Of a DNA stretch of 64,000 nucleotides, positions 28,201 through 37,528 are shown piece by piece. Under the pieces are notes generated by a model. The model had not been told where the DNA came from. It did no database searches and was given only the letters and a program-made list of their open reading frames with translations. Where the stretch lies: positions 8,532-72,531 of IMG/VR virus record IMGVR_UViG_3300031998_000057; one strand, given 5' to 3'. The DNA comes from a virus (lineage: Duplodnaviria > Caudoviricetes). Positions within the stretch are counted from its first letter, which is position 1; each line of letters begins with the position of its first letter. The translations under genes were made by a program, and so were the position numbers.

Positions 28201-29660
28201 GCCGCCTGTGCGAGCGCTGCGATTGCCTCCATCGGGTCAACGATTGTTCCCGTTGCCTTTGCCGCTTTTACCGCGTCTTCGGCATAAGTCAGCATTACCT
28301 TGTCCAAAGCGTCGATGCTTTCCGAAGTCACTTCAAGCCCGTCGTCAAGCTCGCCCGTCTCACCGACAAGGTTCATAATAATAGCGCGTAACGCCGTCGC
28401 GGCCTTTGTCGCGCTTTGGCCCGTCGAGGCGACGATGGTGGAAATAGCCGCCATCGTCTGTTCCGCACTCATGCCGACCTGTGCCGCCGTCGCGCCGACG
28501 ATAGGAAGGCCCTCTGCGATATCGGACAGGGAGACGGCGTAGCTGTTGTTCAGCTTGTCAGCCTCGTCTACAATAGCGGACAGAGCTTTTACATCGCCGC
28601 CGAGCTTCCACGCCGCATTTGCGGAAATAAGGAATTGCGAAGCGACCTCCGCCGTTGTATCGCCGACGAGCATGGTCTTGGTTGCCAACTCTGCCATTGC
28701 CGTCGCGCTGTCACCAAGCCCCGCCTTTTGGAACGTGTAAACGGCTTTCAGATACTCGTCAGCCGCAATGCCGTATTTGGACGCGGTATCATAGGCCGCG
28801 TCGCCGATTTGTTTGATTTCCACCGCCGTCAGGTCGCTTACCTTTTGGATGTTGATAAGCTCCTGATCCACGGCTTTCATTGTTTCAAGGGCTTCGCGGA
28901 ACGAGCGAATTACAGACGCCACCGCCGCATTTATCACTTGCCATGCTATGATTTTTGCAATGATGCGGTCAAGTGAGTCTCCAAGCAGCGTGTTTTTCTT
29001 TGCGGCAAGCTCCGCTGCGTCAGCCTGTTTTTTCATCTGCTCGGAGTTCTCACGGGTGACGGTCGATACTTCTACCGTTTCCCCTTTAAGTTTTGCCGTA
29101 ACTGTCGTTACGTTTCCGAGGCTGTCCCTATATTTGTTGACCGCCTGCACAACCTGGCCGTCAACCATTTTTTCCTGCGTGTCGATAAGCTCACCGTAAG
29201 CGTCGTTCGCTGCTTTTGCGCGTACAGCGCTTGTGTGCATAGATTTCTCTTCGTCGGAAAGAACTTTTGCAAATTTTTCGGTAGACTGGATAACGGTTTT
29301 GTTCCCTTGCTCAGTTACCGTTACCATTTTGTTTACGTCATCGGTATACTGTTTTGCCGTTTTGGTTTCTGCGTCGCTGAACTCAGTAATGGTCTGCTTG
29401 GCAATGCGCATCCCGGCAGTGAGTTCATCAACTCTATCCGTCAAATCGTTTACCGCTTCAGCCGCACCGTCTTTTCCGCTGCTTTTTTGCAATACAGCGG
29501 ACATTTCTTTTAGCGTCTGATTGACGGCATCTAACCCCGAAGCTTCGACTTTTATCTGTATCGGCTTTGAAAAAGCGCTTTCTATATTGTTTTTGAGCGT
29601 GTTGATCTGAGTTTCCGCCGTTTTGGTTTCGGCGATTACTTTCAGTTGGATCTTAGCCAT
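25218..29660 (-). CDS. tape measure protein
   Basis: 1480 aa, helical, Ala-rich; TP901-type core ETMKAVDQELINIQKVSD..IVDEADKLNN. Confidence 0.92.
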   Translation of the reverse strand: MAKIQLKVIAETKTAETQINTLKNNIESAFSKPIQIKVEASGLDAVNQTLKEMSAVLQKSSGKDGAAEAVNDLTDRVDELTAGMRIAKQTITEFSDAETKTAKQYTDDVNKMVTVTEQGNKTVIQSTEKFAKVLSDEEKSMHTSAVRAKAANDAYGELIDTQEKMVDGQVVQAVNKYRDSLGNVTTVTAKLKGETVEVSTVTRENSEQMKKQADAAELAAKKNTLLGDSLDRIIAKIIAWQVINAAVASVIRSFREALETMKAVDQELINIQKVSDLTAVEIKQIGDAAYDTASKYGIAADEYLKAVYTFQKAGLGDSATAMAELATKTMLVGDTTAEVASQFLISANAAWKLGGDVKALSAIVDEADKLNNSYAVSLSDIAEGLPIVGATAAQVGMSAEQTMAAISTIVASTGQSATKAATALRAIIMNLVGETGELDDGLEVTSESIDALDKVMLTYAEDAVKAAKATGTIVDPMEAIAALAQAAQDGLLNEAELFEVLSGLGGKLRTTQLTALVNNMDMYQSMLADTANAAGTADKEIGTMLDSWNAKTQILQNTWTQLISHIVDTDLFKTAVDVLTEVLKILDNDFGRTTITVLAFSGAIAALITNIPKLAATIMGGGLIKGISALITAIGSATTATEVFSAVWAASPFLVISVAIGTVYALTAAINGVYHALGNKTVDEHLEKMSAAVSEYENATSELDKLNQKIETNNRLIEESNKAGGDDAYQTRLESENEALKDQIFLLRQRQKSNAFEAATEAIGVVNGTYSFDYGMGMSPALMGLEAYYNAIKGNEEYADSFNDLTNNLIRARDALYLYKDLNGALTAEQQDALSLLISLVGARKSEEKALKEQSDTTDDLNAAITTQVALYTELKAKLDPLNAAMTELTEQGYMTEKTMQALIEKYPELANSIVVTKDGFVLNTKAITDNVSALWAEYAAINGNAAAASFVQILALNSESTAWAANTAEIKKNLTARIAALEAESVLSVRTKGGTALGINVEADEELTRLKALLAALNSAPEPIETETVSSSGTGESKTDEKLEALKETVALEKQRLAYMEASGASAEEQAEQMRVIQDALHDEAEYLRAIEGESKNVVALSTEWWNYQSKIEKSAEETAKALREDIAATMKDIGDALSEQADAATAPLKAQLEALQTARDLRKEETDEAEKLLAVEKARIALENAQNERPVRHYNAATGRWEWTSNAQTVEKAREDLQKAQAGLDEFYADAAYKKAAAEIEKQIENTEQAFKSFKSVWDDMTEAVKKGEKTLAEAFAVIESAMLIYGAEGGVNLSNAYALAAGGISSAGLSGASANGLTERMKANSAAWHSADGETRKRLEDENLLLGTAMGWHRSDGTWYDANGRPVYDGGGILSGRGGLKATGAAEMILPPNVTERMLRAEETGAFNALLRHMGIVTAAAEQASALEGGSTRIGIGTQHNGNVYQFGSITLNEQQARGMTVYDLAQMAGTLALHGG

Positions 29661-29676
29661 TTCTCAGTCTCACCCC

Positions 29677-30261
29677 TCAATAAGTTCCGTCGTTCGGTTC
29701 TCTTATGATGCTCCCGTCCGCTTCAAGCTCAAGCGTCGGAGCCATAAGCGTCATAGCGCGTTCAAACATTTCCGCAGCTTCTCCCTCATCGACCATTTCA
29801 TCCACGAAATTCTGCCAAAACGGACGTTCCGGCACGGAGTTGTTTCCCCATGTATAGGGTGGGCTTTTGTGCTCGATCCTGCCGATCAGCTCATTCCCGT
29901 CCGCTGTGTGCCATTTGGAAACGGTATGCTCGCCCGTCGGGATGAAATGAAACTGCGTCATTGCTCCAACGCCCTGCGGCTCGACCGACGCCTGTGTGTC
30001 CGAAAAGCCGACGTTCGTTTTCATGTCAGAAAGCGGAGCACCCATTCCACTGTGTTCGCTTCTGCGCTTATAGACCTTTGGTTTATAAACCGAGGCCGCG
30101 TAAACGTCGCGCTCGATGTGCCGTTTCAAGGCTTCCTGCATTTCCGTGTTGACCTGTTCCAAGGCTTTCTTCATAGACATGGCAAGCAGCGCCTTAAATC
30201 CGCGAAATTCCGCGTCCAGGCTGTCCTGACCCGTGACTTCAAAATCAAGTTGGATATCCAC
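29677..30261 (-). CDS. tail completion protein (HK97 gp10-like)
   Basis: VPERPFWQNFVDEM motif; GTG start after GGAGGTG. Confidence 0.55.
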   Translation of the reverse strand: MDIQLDFEVTGQDSLDAEFRGFKALLAMSMKKALEQVNTEMQEALKRHIERDVYAASVYKPKVYKRRSEHSGMGAPLSDMKTNVGFSDTQASVEPQGVGAMTQFHFIPTGEHTVSKWHTADGNELIGRIEHKSPPYTWGNNSVPERPFWQNFVDEMVDEGEAAEMFERAMTLMAPTLELEADGSIIREPNDGTY

Positions 30262-30363
30262 GCCGCTCACCTCCCATACACCAGCCCGCAAACACGAGCT
30301 TGCGGGTTCGTGTATGCCCCCGTCCGATTTTCGGACGGGGGCGGTTCACGTTTCGTTTGCCTG

Positions 30364-31485
30364 TCAGGTCGAAGACACTTCAACGTCGATGGTGTCCTGA
30401 TAGGTGGCGTCGCCCACCGCGTAAGAGACGGTGATCTGAGTCGATCCCGTTCCGGCGGCTGCGATCAGGCCGGTAGCCGCGCCGACGGTGGCGATGGAAG
30501 TGCTTGCGGACTCATAGGTGAAGTCGCTGGCGGGGACGCTGTAGGACAGCTTGCCGCCCACGATCACGGCGGGGTCGAGCTGGAAGGTCTCGCCCGTCTT
30601 GAGGCTCACAGTTCCGCCCACAATGCCGATGATACCGTCGATGCCGCTACTCGCGTCGCAGGGGACGATCACGCGGTACATGAGGGGAGAGCCAGGAGCG
30701 CCGCACTCGCCGCAGTCACCCGCGACGGTCTGCGCGTCAAAGGTGATCGCCCTGCCGCTGATTCCCGTCGTGGTATACGCCGTCTGCGAGCCGCTGTTGG
30801 AAGCGCCGTCCGGCATGAGCTGGAGCGCCGGGATGATCTCGTGCAGCCAGCCGTACATATCGCCGCTCTTGGTGGCGGGATCGTAGTTGACGTAGATAGG
30901 GCGGGAGAGGACGAAGCGCACGACCTTGCCCTTCATGTTGGTGGTATAGGTGGTGATGGTGGCGTTCGCCTGCGAGACGTAGTAATACACGAGGTATTCC
31001 TTGCCGCTCGCCGCGACGAAGCCCGCGATGTCGCCCGTGGTGGGATCGATCTCGTAGGCCGTGCCGCCCACCGCGACGGGGCTGCCCGCGCCGACCTCCT
31101 GCACATAGGCGACAGGCGTTTTCATGCCGGGTCCGGCGACGGGAGTGCCGCCGTCCGTACCGACCGAAATGCTCGTGCCGCTCGCGGTGATCTTCTTGCA
31201 GGTCATGGCGGGAGCGCCGGGAACGACGCCCGCGCCTGCGGATGCCGCTTTGACGAACTCACTGTAATCAGCCGCCGTCACGTTCACGCCGATGTTCGGG
31301 TCGGTCTCGGTGATGATGACGGGGCCGTTGCCGATACCGGCGTTCAGCACGTTGTCGGACGCCGCAATGGTGATGTTGCCCTCCTGCATCTTGTCAGACC
31401 AATAGAGGATATCACCCGTTACGGGGTCGGTCATATAGCCCGTGCCGACGCCCATAACGTAAAGTCTGGGATCTGTGAAAAGCAT
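30364..31485 (-). CDS. major tail protein with C-terminal Ig-like domain
   Basis: Position; C-terminal TYESASTSIATVGAATGLIAAAGTGSTQITV (Big_2-like). Confidence 0.75.
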   Translation of the reverse strand: MLFTDPRLYVMGVGTGYMTDPVTGDILYWSDKMQEGNITIAASDNVLNAGIGNGPVIITETDPNIGVNVTAADYSEFVKAASAGAGVVPGAPAMTCKKITASGTSISVGTDGGTPVAGPGMKTPVAYVQEVGAGSPVAVGGTAYEIDPTTGDIAGFVAASGKEYLVYYYVSQANATITTYTTNMKGKVVRFVLSRPIYVNYDPATKSGDMYGWLHEIIPALQLMPDGASNSGSQTAYTTTGISGRAITFDAQTVAGDCGECGAPGSPLMYRVIVPCDASSGIDGIIGIVGGTVSLKTGETFQLDPAVIVGGKLSYSVPASDFTYESASTSIATVGAATGLIAAAGTGSTQITVSYAVGDATYQDTIDVEVSST

Positions 31486-31506
31486 TTGTTTTCACTCCTT
31501 TTGTTT

Positions 31507-32343
31507 TCAAAGATTTTTGCTTTCCTGAATAAGCTGTTTGACCGCAGACGGCATTTGTTTCTGTTCGCTGTCGAGCGGTCTCATCAGTCCGTCCCCGCCC
31601 TGCATCCGCTTAAAAAACGGGTGTGGGGCGGGATTTCCGTTTTTCCACGTCGCGCCGCTCAATTCTCCGATGCCGCACACGAGATAGCTTAATACCCTCC
31701 TGTACGACTCTGCGCGTTTTTCAAGCTTCAGGATCGGCCATTCGTCGATCTTCGCCTCGTCCGTGCCGGACAGCGCGGCGACCGCGCAGATCAGGTCGTC
31801 CTCGTCTCCTTCGAGCTGAATACCGCCCGAAGCCATATCCTTCTGAGCCTGCACGATATCGGGGTTCGCCTTGTCGCTTTCAAGCCGTACTCCGTTCTGC
31901 GCGGCAATGATGCGGCGCAGGGTCTGGAATTGAGCGGGCGCAATCTCCTTCGATGTTCCGCTCTCGTCCGTGAAGTGCAGGCGCAAAAGCTTTTCCGGCT
32001 GTTCGCGGTCAAACTCGATGCGAAACATCCTTATGCGTTCCTCCGCGGGTTCCCCCGCTCCAAGCCGCAGAGCGAGGGCAAGCGCGAGAAGGGCGCGTAA
32101 GAAAAGTCCCGCAGCGGGCGTTCCGCTCATCGCCGCGTCGTAATCCATCCTGTACATAGCCGCCAGCAGAGGCATACGGAGCAAGGCCACAGGGAAGCTT
32201 TGCTGCAAGACCTCGATTGCCGGACGCGCAAGGGCAAAATCACGGTATTCCTTCACCAGTACGGGATAGAGCGTCAGCCCGTTCGTTGTGATCGGCTGAT
32301 ATTTCCGGGCCGCTTGATATATCGCAATCGGAAGTTCGTTCAA
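31507..32343 (-). CDS. tail assembly-associated protein
   Basis: Position in the tail module. Confidence 0.5.
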   Translation of the reverse strand: MNELPIAIYQAARKYQPITTNGLTLYPVLVKEYRDFALARPAIEVLQQSFPVALLRMPLLAAMYRMDYDAAMSGTPAAGLFLRALLALALALRLGAGEPAEERIRMFRIEFDREQPEKLLRLHFTDESGTSKEIAPAQFQTLRRIIAAQNGVRLESDKANPDIVQAQKDMASGGIQLEGDEDDLICAVAALSGTDEAKIDEWPILKLEKRAESYRRVLSYLVCGIGELSGATWKNGNPAPHPFFKRMQGGDGLMRPLDSEQKQMPSAVKQLIQESKNL

Positions 32344-32374
32344 TGTGTCGTTCTCCTTCCGTTTTTGCCTTAAC

Positions 32375-33079
32375 TCAGTATGCAGTGCCGCTGCTTACCA
32401 CGCCGCCGCCTCCCTCGCTCCAGGAGGTCGAAAAATACACCATGCGGCCAACCATGTCGGCGTCCGTGTAAAGCACCTCCGAGCCGTTAAAGCTGCTTTC
32501 CTGCCGAGAAAAGCGGCAGCAGCCGACGCCCGCGATGTCCACGCCCGCAAGCGCCTCGCGGAGGCACTGCTCAATATCGAAAACGCGGTCATAGGCGCTC
32601 GTGCGGGTATTGGTGACGAAGTTCACGTTCGACCATATCTCCGCCTGCAAGCCGATGACCGTACGGAAATCCGTCGGGTCGATGACGCGCCCCACATACA
32701 CCTTGAGCATCGTCTTCGCGTCTAAAACGCTCTGCCCGATGTTCCGCTGGGCGAAAATGCGGTAGCCCTTCGGATGCTTCGCCTTGTCCTCGTCGGTGTT
32801 GATGTCGGGGCGATCCCCGTCAAAAAGCATCGAAAGCTTCTGCTCCGGCGTCGGCAGCGGGCCGTCGAGCGGGCGCGGGCCGTCGTTCCACAGATAGCGC
32901 ATCAGCCGCGCCCTCGGATTGTCGTTGCTTTGGAAGGGGACGTGGCCCTTTGCGTCAGGCAGATCGAGGAGATACAGGAGGATCTTCTGCGGGATCAGCT
33001 CAGCGCCCTTTATCGTATTCGCCGCAATGATCTTTTTGTACGGATAGAAGGGGTTCTCAGTTTCCGCCATCCGCCTCAC
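32375..33079 (-). CDS. putative tail terminator/head-tail joining protein
   Basis: Position only; 234 aa. Confidence 0.45.
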   Translation of the reverse strand: MRRMAETENPFYPYKKIIAANTIKGAELIPQKILLYLLDLPDAKGHVPFQSNDNPRARLMRYLWNDGPRPLDGPLPTPEQKLSMLFDGDRPDINTDEDKAKHPKGYRIFAQRNIGQSVLDAKTMLKVYVGRVIDPTDFRTVIGLQAEIWSNVNFVTNTRTSAYDRVFDIEQCLREALAGVDIAGVGCCRFSRQESSFNGSEVLYTDADMVGRMVYFSTSWSEGGGGVVSSGTAY

Positions 33080-33602
33080 TCCTTTTGTCAGCGAGCGTTT
33101 TCAGTTCGTTCAGCAGCGCGGGAAGCTCCTTCATCTGCGACGCGGTAAGCTGGCTCTGCCGGATCACGGCGTCGTTCTGCACGGTGAGCAGCCCCGCGAG
33201 CTGCGCGGAGAGCTTCTTTTCCAACTCACGGAAATCACTCAGAAGGTCGAAGCATTTGTCGCGCACCGCCGAGTCGTGCTTCAAACGCTCAAGCTGATTG
33301 AAAACATGGCTTCCCGCCCACAGATCGTAGGCGGCCACGCTCATCATGTCGGCGTCCCTTTCGTCCCTTTTGACTTCCTGCCCCATGTAGAAGGCGGCGA
33401 ACGCCGTCATAAGCAAGCGGCGTTTCAGCCCGTCGTTCACCATGTACATGGGCGGCAGCTCCTCGTCTCCGAAGCTGATGGCGAGACGGTCAAAGCATTT
33501 CCCCGCGCCGTCCGCGGCAAAGCGCTCCTTGTCCTCAAGCGGCATATAGTCCCTTGCCGCTTCGATCATTTCCCTTGTGATCGTGATTTTGCTGTCGTTC
33601 AT
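33057..33602 (-). CDS. hypothetical structural-region protein
   Basis: 181-aa ORF with RBS AAAGGAG. Confidence 0.6.
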   Translation of the reverse strand: MNDSKITITREMIEAARDYMPLEDKERFAADGAGKCFDRLAISFGDEELPPMYMVNDGLKRRLLMTAFAAFYMGQEVKRDERDADMMSVAAYDLWAGSHVFNQLERLKHDSAVRDKCFDLLSDFRELEKKLSAQLAGLLTVQNDAVIRQSQLTASQMKELPALLNELKTLADKRSEADGGN

Positions 33603-33660
33603 GCGTCTTTTACTCCTTTCGGTATCTCCGCACGAAAATACGGCCTCTCTCCCTTGGCGG

Positions 33661-33984
33661 TCAGCCGTTTACTTTCTTTTCAAGGTTCTCGTAAAAAGCT
33701 TTCACGTCGCCGTTCCCGCCGCGTGACATATATTCCCTGCCCGCGATCAGGCGCTCCGACATCGGCATATCGCTGTCCATCACGGTCAGCCGCAGGAGGG
33801 ACAGATATTGCAGATCGTTGTGGGCGGAAAGCTTGTCCACCTTGCCCTCGATGTTGTCCAACCGCACCTGTATGCCGCTTTTCTTCTGCGCCCTGCGCTG
33901 CACCCACGCGATAACGGCGTTGACGAGCGCAAGGAGCAGGGACGTTGCGGACGTGATAATGGCGATCACAACGCCGTCACTCAT
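33661..33984 (-). CDS. membrane protein of the lysis cassette (holin-like)
   Basis: N-terminal TM helix followed by a coiled segment. Confidence 0.6.
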   Translation of the reverse strand: MSDGVVIAIITSATSLLLALVNAVIAWVQRRAQKKSGIQVRLDNIEGKVDKLSAHNDLQYLSLLRLTVMDSDMPMSERLIAGREYMSRGGNGDVKAFYENLEKKVNG

Positions 33985-34192
33985 GCAGCTTCGCCTCTTC
34001 CCGGTAGTATTTGCTTGAGCTTACCTCCAGCGTGGCCGCGAGCAGCGTCGTCAGCGCCACGATGGTGTCGTTGACCTGTGAGCCGTAGGCAAGCCCCCAT
34101 ATCTTCGCCACGGCGAGATAAAACAGGCCGAGCGCGGGAAGCCAGCGCTGGATTTTGCTGAGAATGTCATAAAGGCTGTTCGTCATCTTCAC
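33977..34192 (-). CDS. holin (Dp-1 type)
   Basis: NSLYDILSKIQRWLPALGLFYLAVAKIWGLAYGSQVNDTIVALTTLLAATLEVSSSKY. Confidence 0.8.
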   Translation of the reverse strand: MKMTNSLYDILSKIQRWLPALGLFYLAVAKIWGLAYGSQVNDTIVALTTLLAATLEVSSSKYYREEAKLHE

Positions 34193-34911
34193 GGGTCTTT
34201 GTCCCCTTTCCTGTTGTTGTCGCTGCCGTTGCCGTTCTTCCGTGCGCTCCGGCAGGCCATGATTGCCGCCTGATAGCGCGGGATAAGCTGCATCGGCGTT
34301 TCTCCGTCCGTAATGCCGAGCGCTTCTGCCTCGGCTATTTCTGCCGCCGCCCACGCGGGCGCTTTCAGCGAAGCCGCGTACCGCTGCGCCTTTTCCACGA
34401 GCGCGTAAGCCTCCGCGTCGGTCAGCTTGTCCAAAAGCTCCTGAACTGTCATTTCATCCTCGCTTTTCTCGGAAAACGGACGCAGAAATACGAGCGTTTC
34501 CGTTATCCTGCGTGTCCGCCGCATGACCTCGCCGCCGTCGCTGTTGTTCCCGACAGCGGTGTTGCCCTCGATCACCGTCATGCTCTTGCCTTTTACGCTT
34601 TCCACGATGCCTGTGTGTCCGTAAGCGTAAACGACGATATCCCCCGTCTGCGGCTCTTTCACGACGGCCTGCGGCTGATTGGCTTTGTACCAGCTTACAA
34701 GCGCCGAGCAGCTTGCGGTTTTGTAAGGCAGCGGCGTCCCTGCACGGTCGAAGCACCACTGCACGAAAGCCATGCACCACGGGAATTTCGTACCCCACAG
34801 CCCGTCGTATACCGCCTGCCCGTAAAACCAGGTGTTGTATTTTACGTTGTTGCTGTTCTGAGGGTTTTCCCGCGTCCCGATTTCCGCAGCGGCGATCTTA
34901 ACGACCGTCAT
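34189..34911 (-). CDS. CHAP-domain endolysin with an SLH-like C-terminus
   Basis: PWCMAFVQWCF, GHTGIV, IEGN; C-terminal PAWAAAEIAEAEALGITDG..RYQAAIM. Confidence 0.88.
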   Translation of the reverse strand: MTVVKIAAAEIGTRENPQNSNNVKYNTWFYGQAVYDGLWGTKFPWCMAFVQWCFDRAGTPLPYKTASCSALVSWYKANQPQAVVKEPQTGDIVVYAYGHTGIVESVKGKSMTVIEGNTAVGNNSDGGEVMRRTRRITETLVFLRPFSEKSEDEMTVQELLDKLTDAEAYALVEKAQRYAASLKAPAWAAAEIAEAEALGITDGETPMQLIPRYQAAIMACRSARKNGNGSDNNRKGDKDP

Positions 34912-35093
34912 AAGCTCTCCTCCTCCGGCAGCACGTCCACCGGCTCGTCGGTCTCCTCATAGGTATACCGACACGGCAGCACGTCCACCGCGTCGTCGTA
35001 CACGCGCCCGGTCTCGGTCTGCCGGATTTTATACCCCGCGTCGCTCCAGTGCCGGATGCGGGTGTTGTTGTCAACATATTCTGATACGATCAT
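34908..35093 (-). CDS. small phage protein
   Basis: HWSDAGYKIRQTETGRVYDDAVDVLPCRYTYEETDEP. Confidence 0.75.
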   Translation of the reverse strand: MIVSEYVDNNTRIRHWSDAGYKIRQTETGRVYDDAVDVLPCRYTYEETDEPVDVLPEEESL

Positions 35094-35108
35094 GGTTGTG
35101 GCCTCCTC

Positions 35109-35840
35109 TCAGGTCGGAAGCGGATGGTGGATGATGGTGAGGGTGCAGGGGATATTGATTAGCGATGCGCTTAGTGTTACAGATCCAAACAGGCAACGCG
35201 CTGATTGCAAAAAGCTTCCATCCGAATAATCGTAAAAATACGAGTCCGCTGCATAATATGACGGATTTGTAATTGGAATTTCTTCCATTCCGCCGTCACT
35301 GGTTCCGTCAATGACAATCGCATAATCTGCGATTGCTCGCACATACATTTTACCGAGTGTGCTGGCAACAGGGTCTGTTTGGTTCTCCGCATACGCAGTA
35401 ATAGAGCCATCAAGAATGCCTGCTTTTATTTCGGCAAACCGATTGCCCCACGGATTTGAGAGCGTTCCATTGATCGTTTCCACGGTCACGCCGCTTCCGC
35501 CGGAGTACGACCCGGCAACTCCGAAGATACTCACGCCGTCCTTGATATTCCCAGCGATAAGATTTGCGTCGCCCTTGATGGTCTGCGCCCCAGCAAGCCA
35601 TTGATTTGCGGCGATCACCTGATCCGTCGTCGTCGGTGTGTAAGTCTGCGCGGCTTTCGTCGGCGACGGCTGCACAGCCACCGTCCCGCTGACGGCACTC
35701 AGCCCGTCATAGCCCGCGTCGGGGGTAAATGAAAACTGCCCGTTCTGCGTGATCGACAGGCCGGTTTTGTCCTGAAGACGGACCGAGCCGCCTCCGCCCG
35801 CCTTCTGCCCCATTGCATAAGATACGGGATCAAACGCCAT
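35109..35840 (-). CDS. tail-fibre-like adhesin
   Basis: TPTTTDQVIAANQWLAGAQTIKGDANLIAGNIKDGVSIFGVAG fibre repeat; lower-GC C-terminal domain. Confidence 0.65.
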   Translation of the reverse strand: MAFDPVSYAMGQKAGGGGSVRLQDKTGLSITQNGQFSFTPDAGYDGLSAVSGTVAVQPSPTKAAQTYTPTTTDQVIAANQWLAGAQTIKGDANLIAGNIKDGVSIFGVAGSYSGGSGVTVETINGTLSNPWGNRFAEIKAGILDGSITAYAENQTDPVASTLGKMYVRAIADYAIVIDGTSDGGMEEIPITNPSYYAADSYFYDYSDGSFLQSARCLFGSVTLSASLINIPCTLTIIHHPLPT

Positions 35841-36009
35841 CAGACTCACCGCCCCATTCCTGCCACGTTTCGGTCTCCGCGTCGTAGAAGTAGAGCGCGG
35901 AAGCGTCCATTTCGATGAATACAGACCCGTTCTGGACGTACTGCGTGGGTTTCTCGTCCGTTGTCAGCCCGTAATAGGTGGGCGGCGTCGTTCCGACAAA
36001 AGTAACCAT
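35830..36009 (-). CDS. small fibre-associated protein (59 aa)
   Basis: Translated by hand: YYGLTTDEKPTQYVQNGSVFIEMDASALYFYDAETETWQEW; RBS AGGAGGAG. Confidence 0.75.
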   Translation of the reverse strand: MVTFVGTTPPTYYGLTTDEKPTQYVQNGSVFIEMDASALYFYDAETETWQEWGGESDGV

Positions 36010-36012
36010 TGT

Positions 36013-36207
36013 TTACTCCTCCTCTTTTATGTCTCGCAGCGGGCATTTGAGCGCCTGTTCCTTGAGCTTGTAGCTCCCGGAAACCGCGCAAAAATACTGA
36101 TGCCCGCAAAAGTCCCATTTCGCTCCGCGTTCCAGCTCTACGCGGCAGTGGAAAGCGCCCTGCTTCATAAAAGCGTAGGGGCAGCTCCCCTGCTTTACTC
36201 CCGCCAT
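36013..36207 (-). CDS. small Cys-rich protein (64 aa)
   Basis: MAGVKQGSCPY..CRVE..CGHQYFC..CPLR; RBS GGAGGG. Confidence 0.6.
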   Translation of the reverse strand: MAGVKQGSCPYAFMKQGAFHCRVELERGAKWDFCGHQYFCAVSGSYKLKEQALKCPLRDIKEEE

Positions 36208-36208
36208 A

Positions 36209-37528
36209 TCAAACGCCCTCCAGCACGATCTCCGCGCTCGCGGAATATCCGCCGTACTCCGCAGTGATCCGCAGCAAGGCCGCACTGTAGCCGCAGCACG
36301 TCACGGTCACGGCGTTGCCGTCCGTTTCAGCAGAATACGCGCTTGCGTCCGCTCCGTCTAAGGAGAACGCCACGGCCTCGCCCGTTTCCTCTCCGTCCTC
36401 GAAATATGCCGCCTCAAGCGTCGTGCTTTCGTAGGGCGAAAGGCGCTTTTGCGGCTCTTTCGTAAAGAAAACGCCGTCCTCGCTTCCCGTAACGGCCACG
36501 GGGAAAGCCCCGCTGTAAGCGCCGTTCTGCGCGAGTGTCGCGGTTATCACAGCGCTTCCCTCCGCGATTGCCGTCACAAGGCCGTTTTCGTCCACCGTGA
36601 CAACGCTTTCGTCCGAGCTTGCGTAGACATAGCTCACGGGCTTGTCTGCGTCCTGTTCAACGGTTTGCCCGTTCCTGACGGACGTTACGGAAAGCTGCTG
36701 CGACGCGCCGAGCCTCATGCTTTGCTGACCCGAAATGTTCACAGTCCACGAGAAGAGCTTGCCGCCCGCAACGTGATTTTCCATATCGTCTATTACGTCG
36801 TTCGCGTCCTCATACCTCGCCGTGAAGCTGAGAAGCCGCACCGTGGAATAATCGCCCGTAAACTCCGTCTCAAAATCGGAATAGCCCGTAATGCGGTAGG
36901 CAGCGCTTCCGAGGATCATGCGCGTATTCGTGTCGATCTGCCGCGTCTCTTCGTTGTACTGGCAGATGATGTTGAAATAGCCCTTGGTGATAAGCTGGCT
37001 GTTCTGCGCGTCGCTGTCGTTTGCGTTCGCCCGCTCGTTCTCCGCAATGATCGGTTCGGAAATCACGTTCCCGTACCAATCCAGGTGGTTCCATACCGCG
37101 TTGCAGCGGCGGCAGAGGCCGCTTCCGCTCGCGCCGGACACGTTCTGCGGGTTCAGGACGAGCCAAATGCTTCCCATCGTGTCGATCTTCGTTCCGGGGC
37201 GTACATACTCGATCTTCGGGCTTTCAAACAAAAACTGCTTGTAATCGTCAAAATGCCTTTGGATCGCCGCCGAGGGGCGCACAACGTCGGCAAAGCGCAG
37301 GCGGTAATTCCCCCATGCCTTTCCGTCGCTTCCAAGCCCTTCGACCCGCGCCTCAAGGAAATCCGAGGCATACCGCGCCGTCATTTTGGTAAAGGCGCGG
37401 GTCTCAGGGTCGAAAAACTGCCGCTGCCTGTCCGCGTACTGCGTCGGATTGTTGGTCTGCACGGGCCGCACGGCGATCCCGCCCATCAGCGCCGCCGTCT
37501 TCACGTTCTGACTCAGTGATGCGCTCAT
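36209..37528 (-). CDS. head-closure/neck protein with Ig-like domain
   Basis: Position; YASSDESVVTVDENGLVTAIAEGSAVITA (Big_2-like). Confidence 0.7.
   Translation of the reverse strand: MSASLSQNVKTAALMGGIAVRPVQTNNPTQYADRQRQFFDPETRAFTKMTARYASDFLEARVEGLGSDGKAWGNYRLRFADVVRPSAAIQRHFDDYKQFLFESPKIEYVRPGTKIDTMGSIWLVLNPQNVSGASGSGLCRRCNAVWNHLDWYGNVISEPIIAENERANANDSDAQNSQLITKGYFNIICQYNEETRQIDTNTRMILGSAAYRITGYSDFETEFTGDYSTVRLLSFTARYEDANDVIDDMENHVAGGKLFSWTVNISGQQSMRLGASQQLSVTSVRNGQTVEQDADKPVSYVYASSDESVVTVDENGLVTAIAEGSAVITATLAQNGAYSGAFPVAVTGSEDGVFFTKEPQKRLSPYESTTLEAAYFEDGEETGEAVAFSLDGADASAYSAETDGNAVTVTCCGYSAALLRITAEYGGYSASAEIVLEGV

Noticed and set aside
25161-28391. Long antisense ORFs (25161-28391, 9632-10984, 15531-17417, 39043-41214, 42280-44217, 2574-3512)
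   Set aside because: Shadow frames of high-GC genes on the opposite strand; no RBS or recognisable domains.
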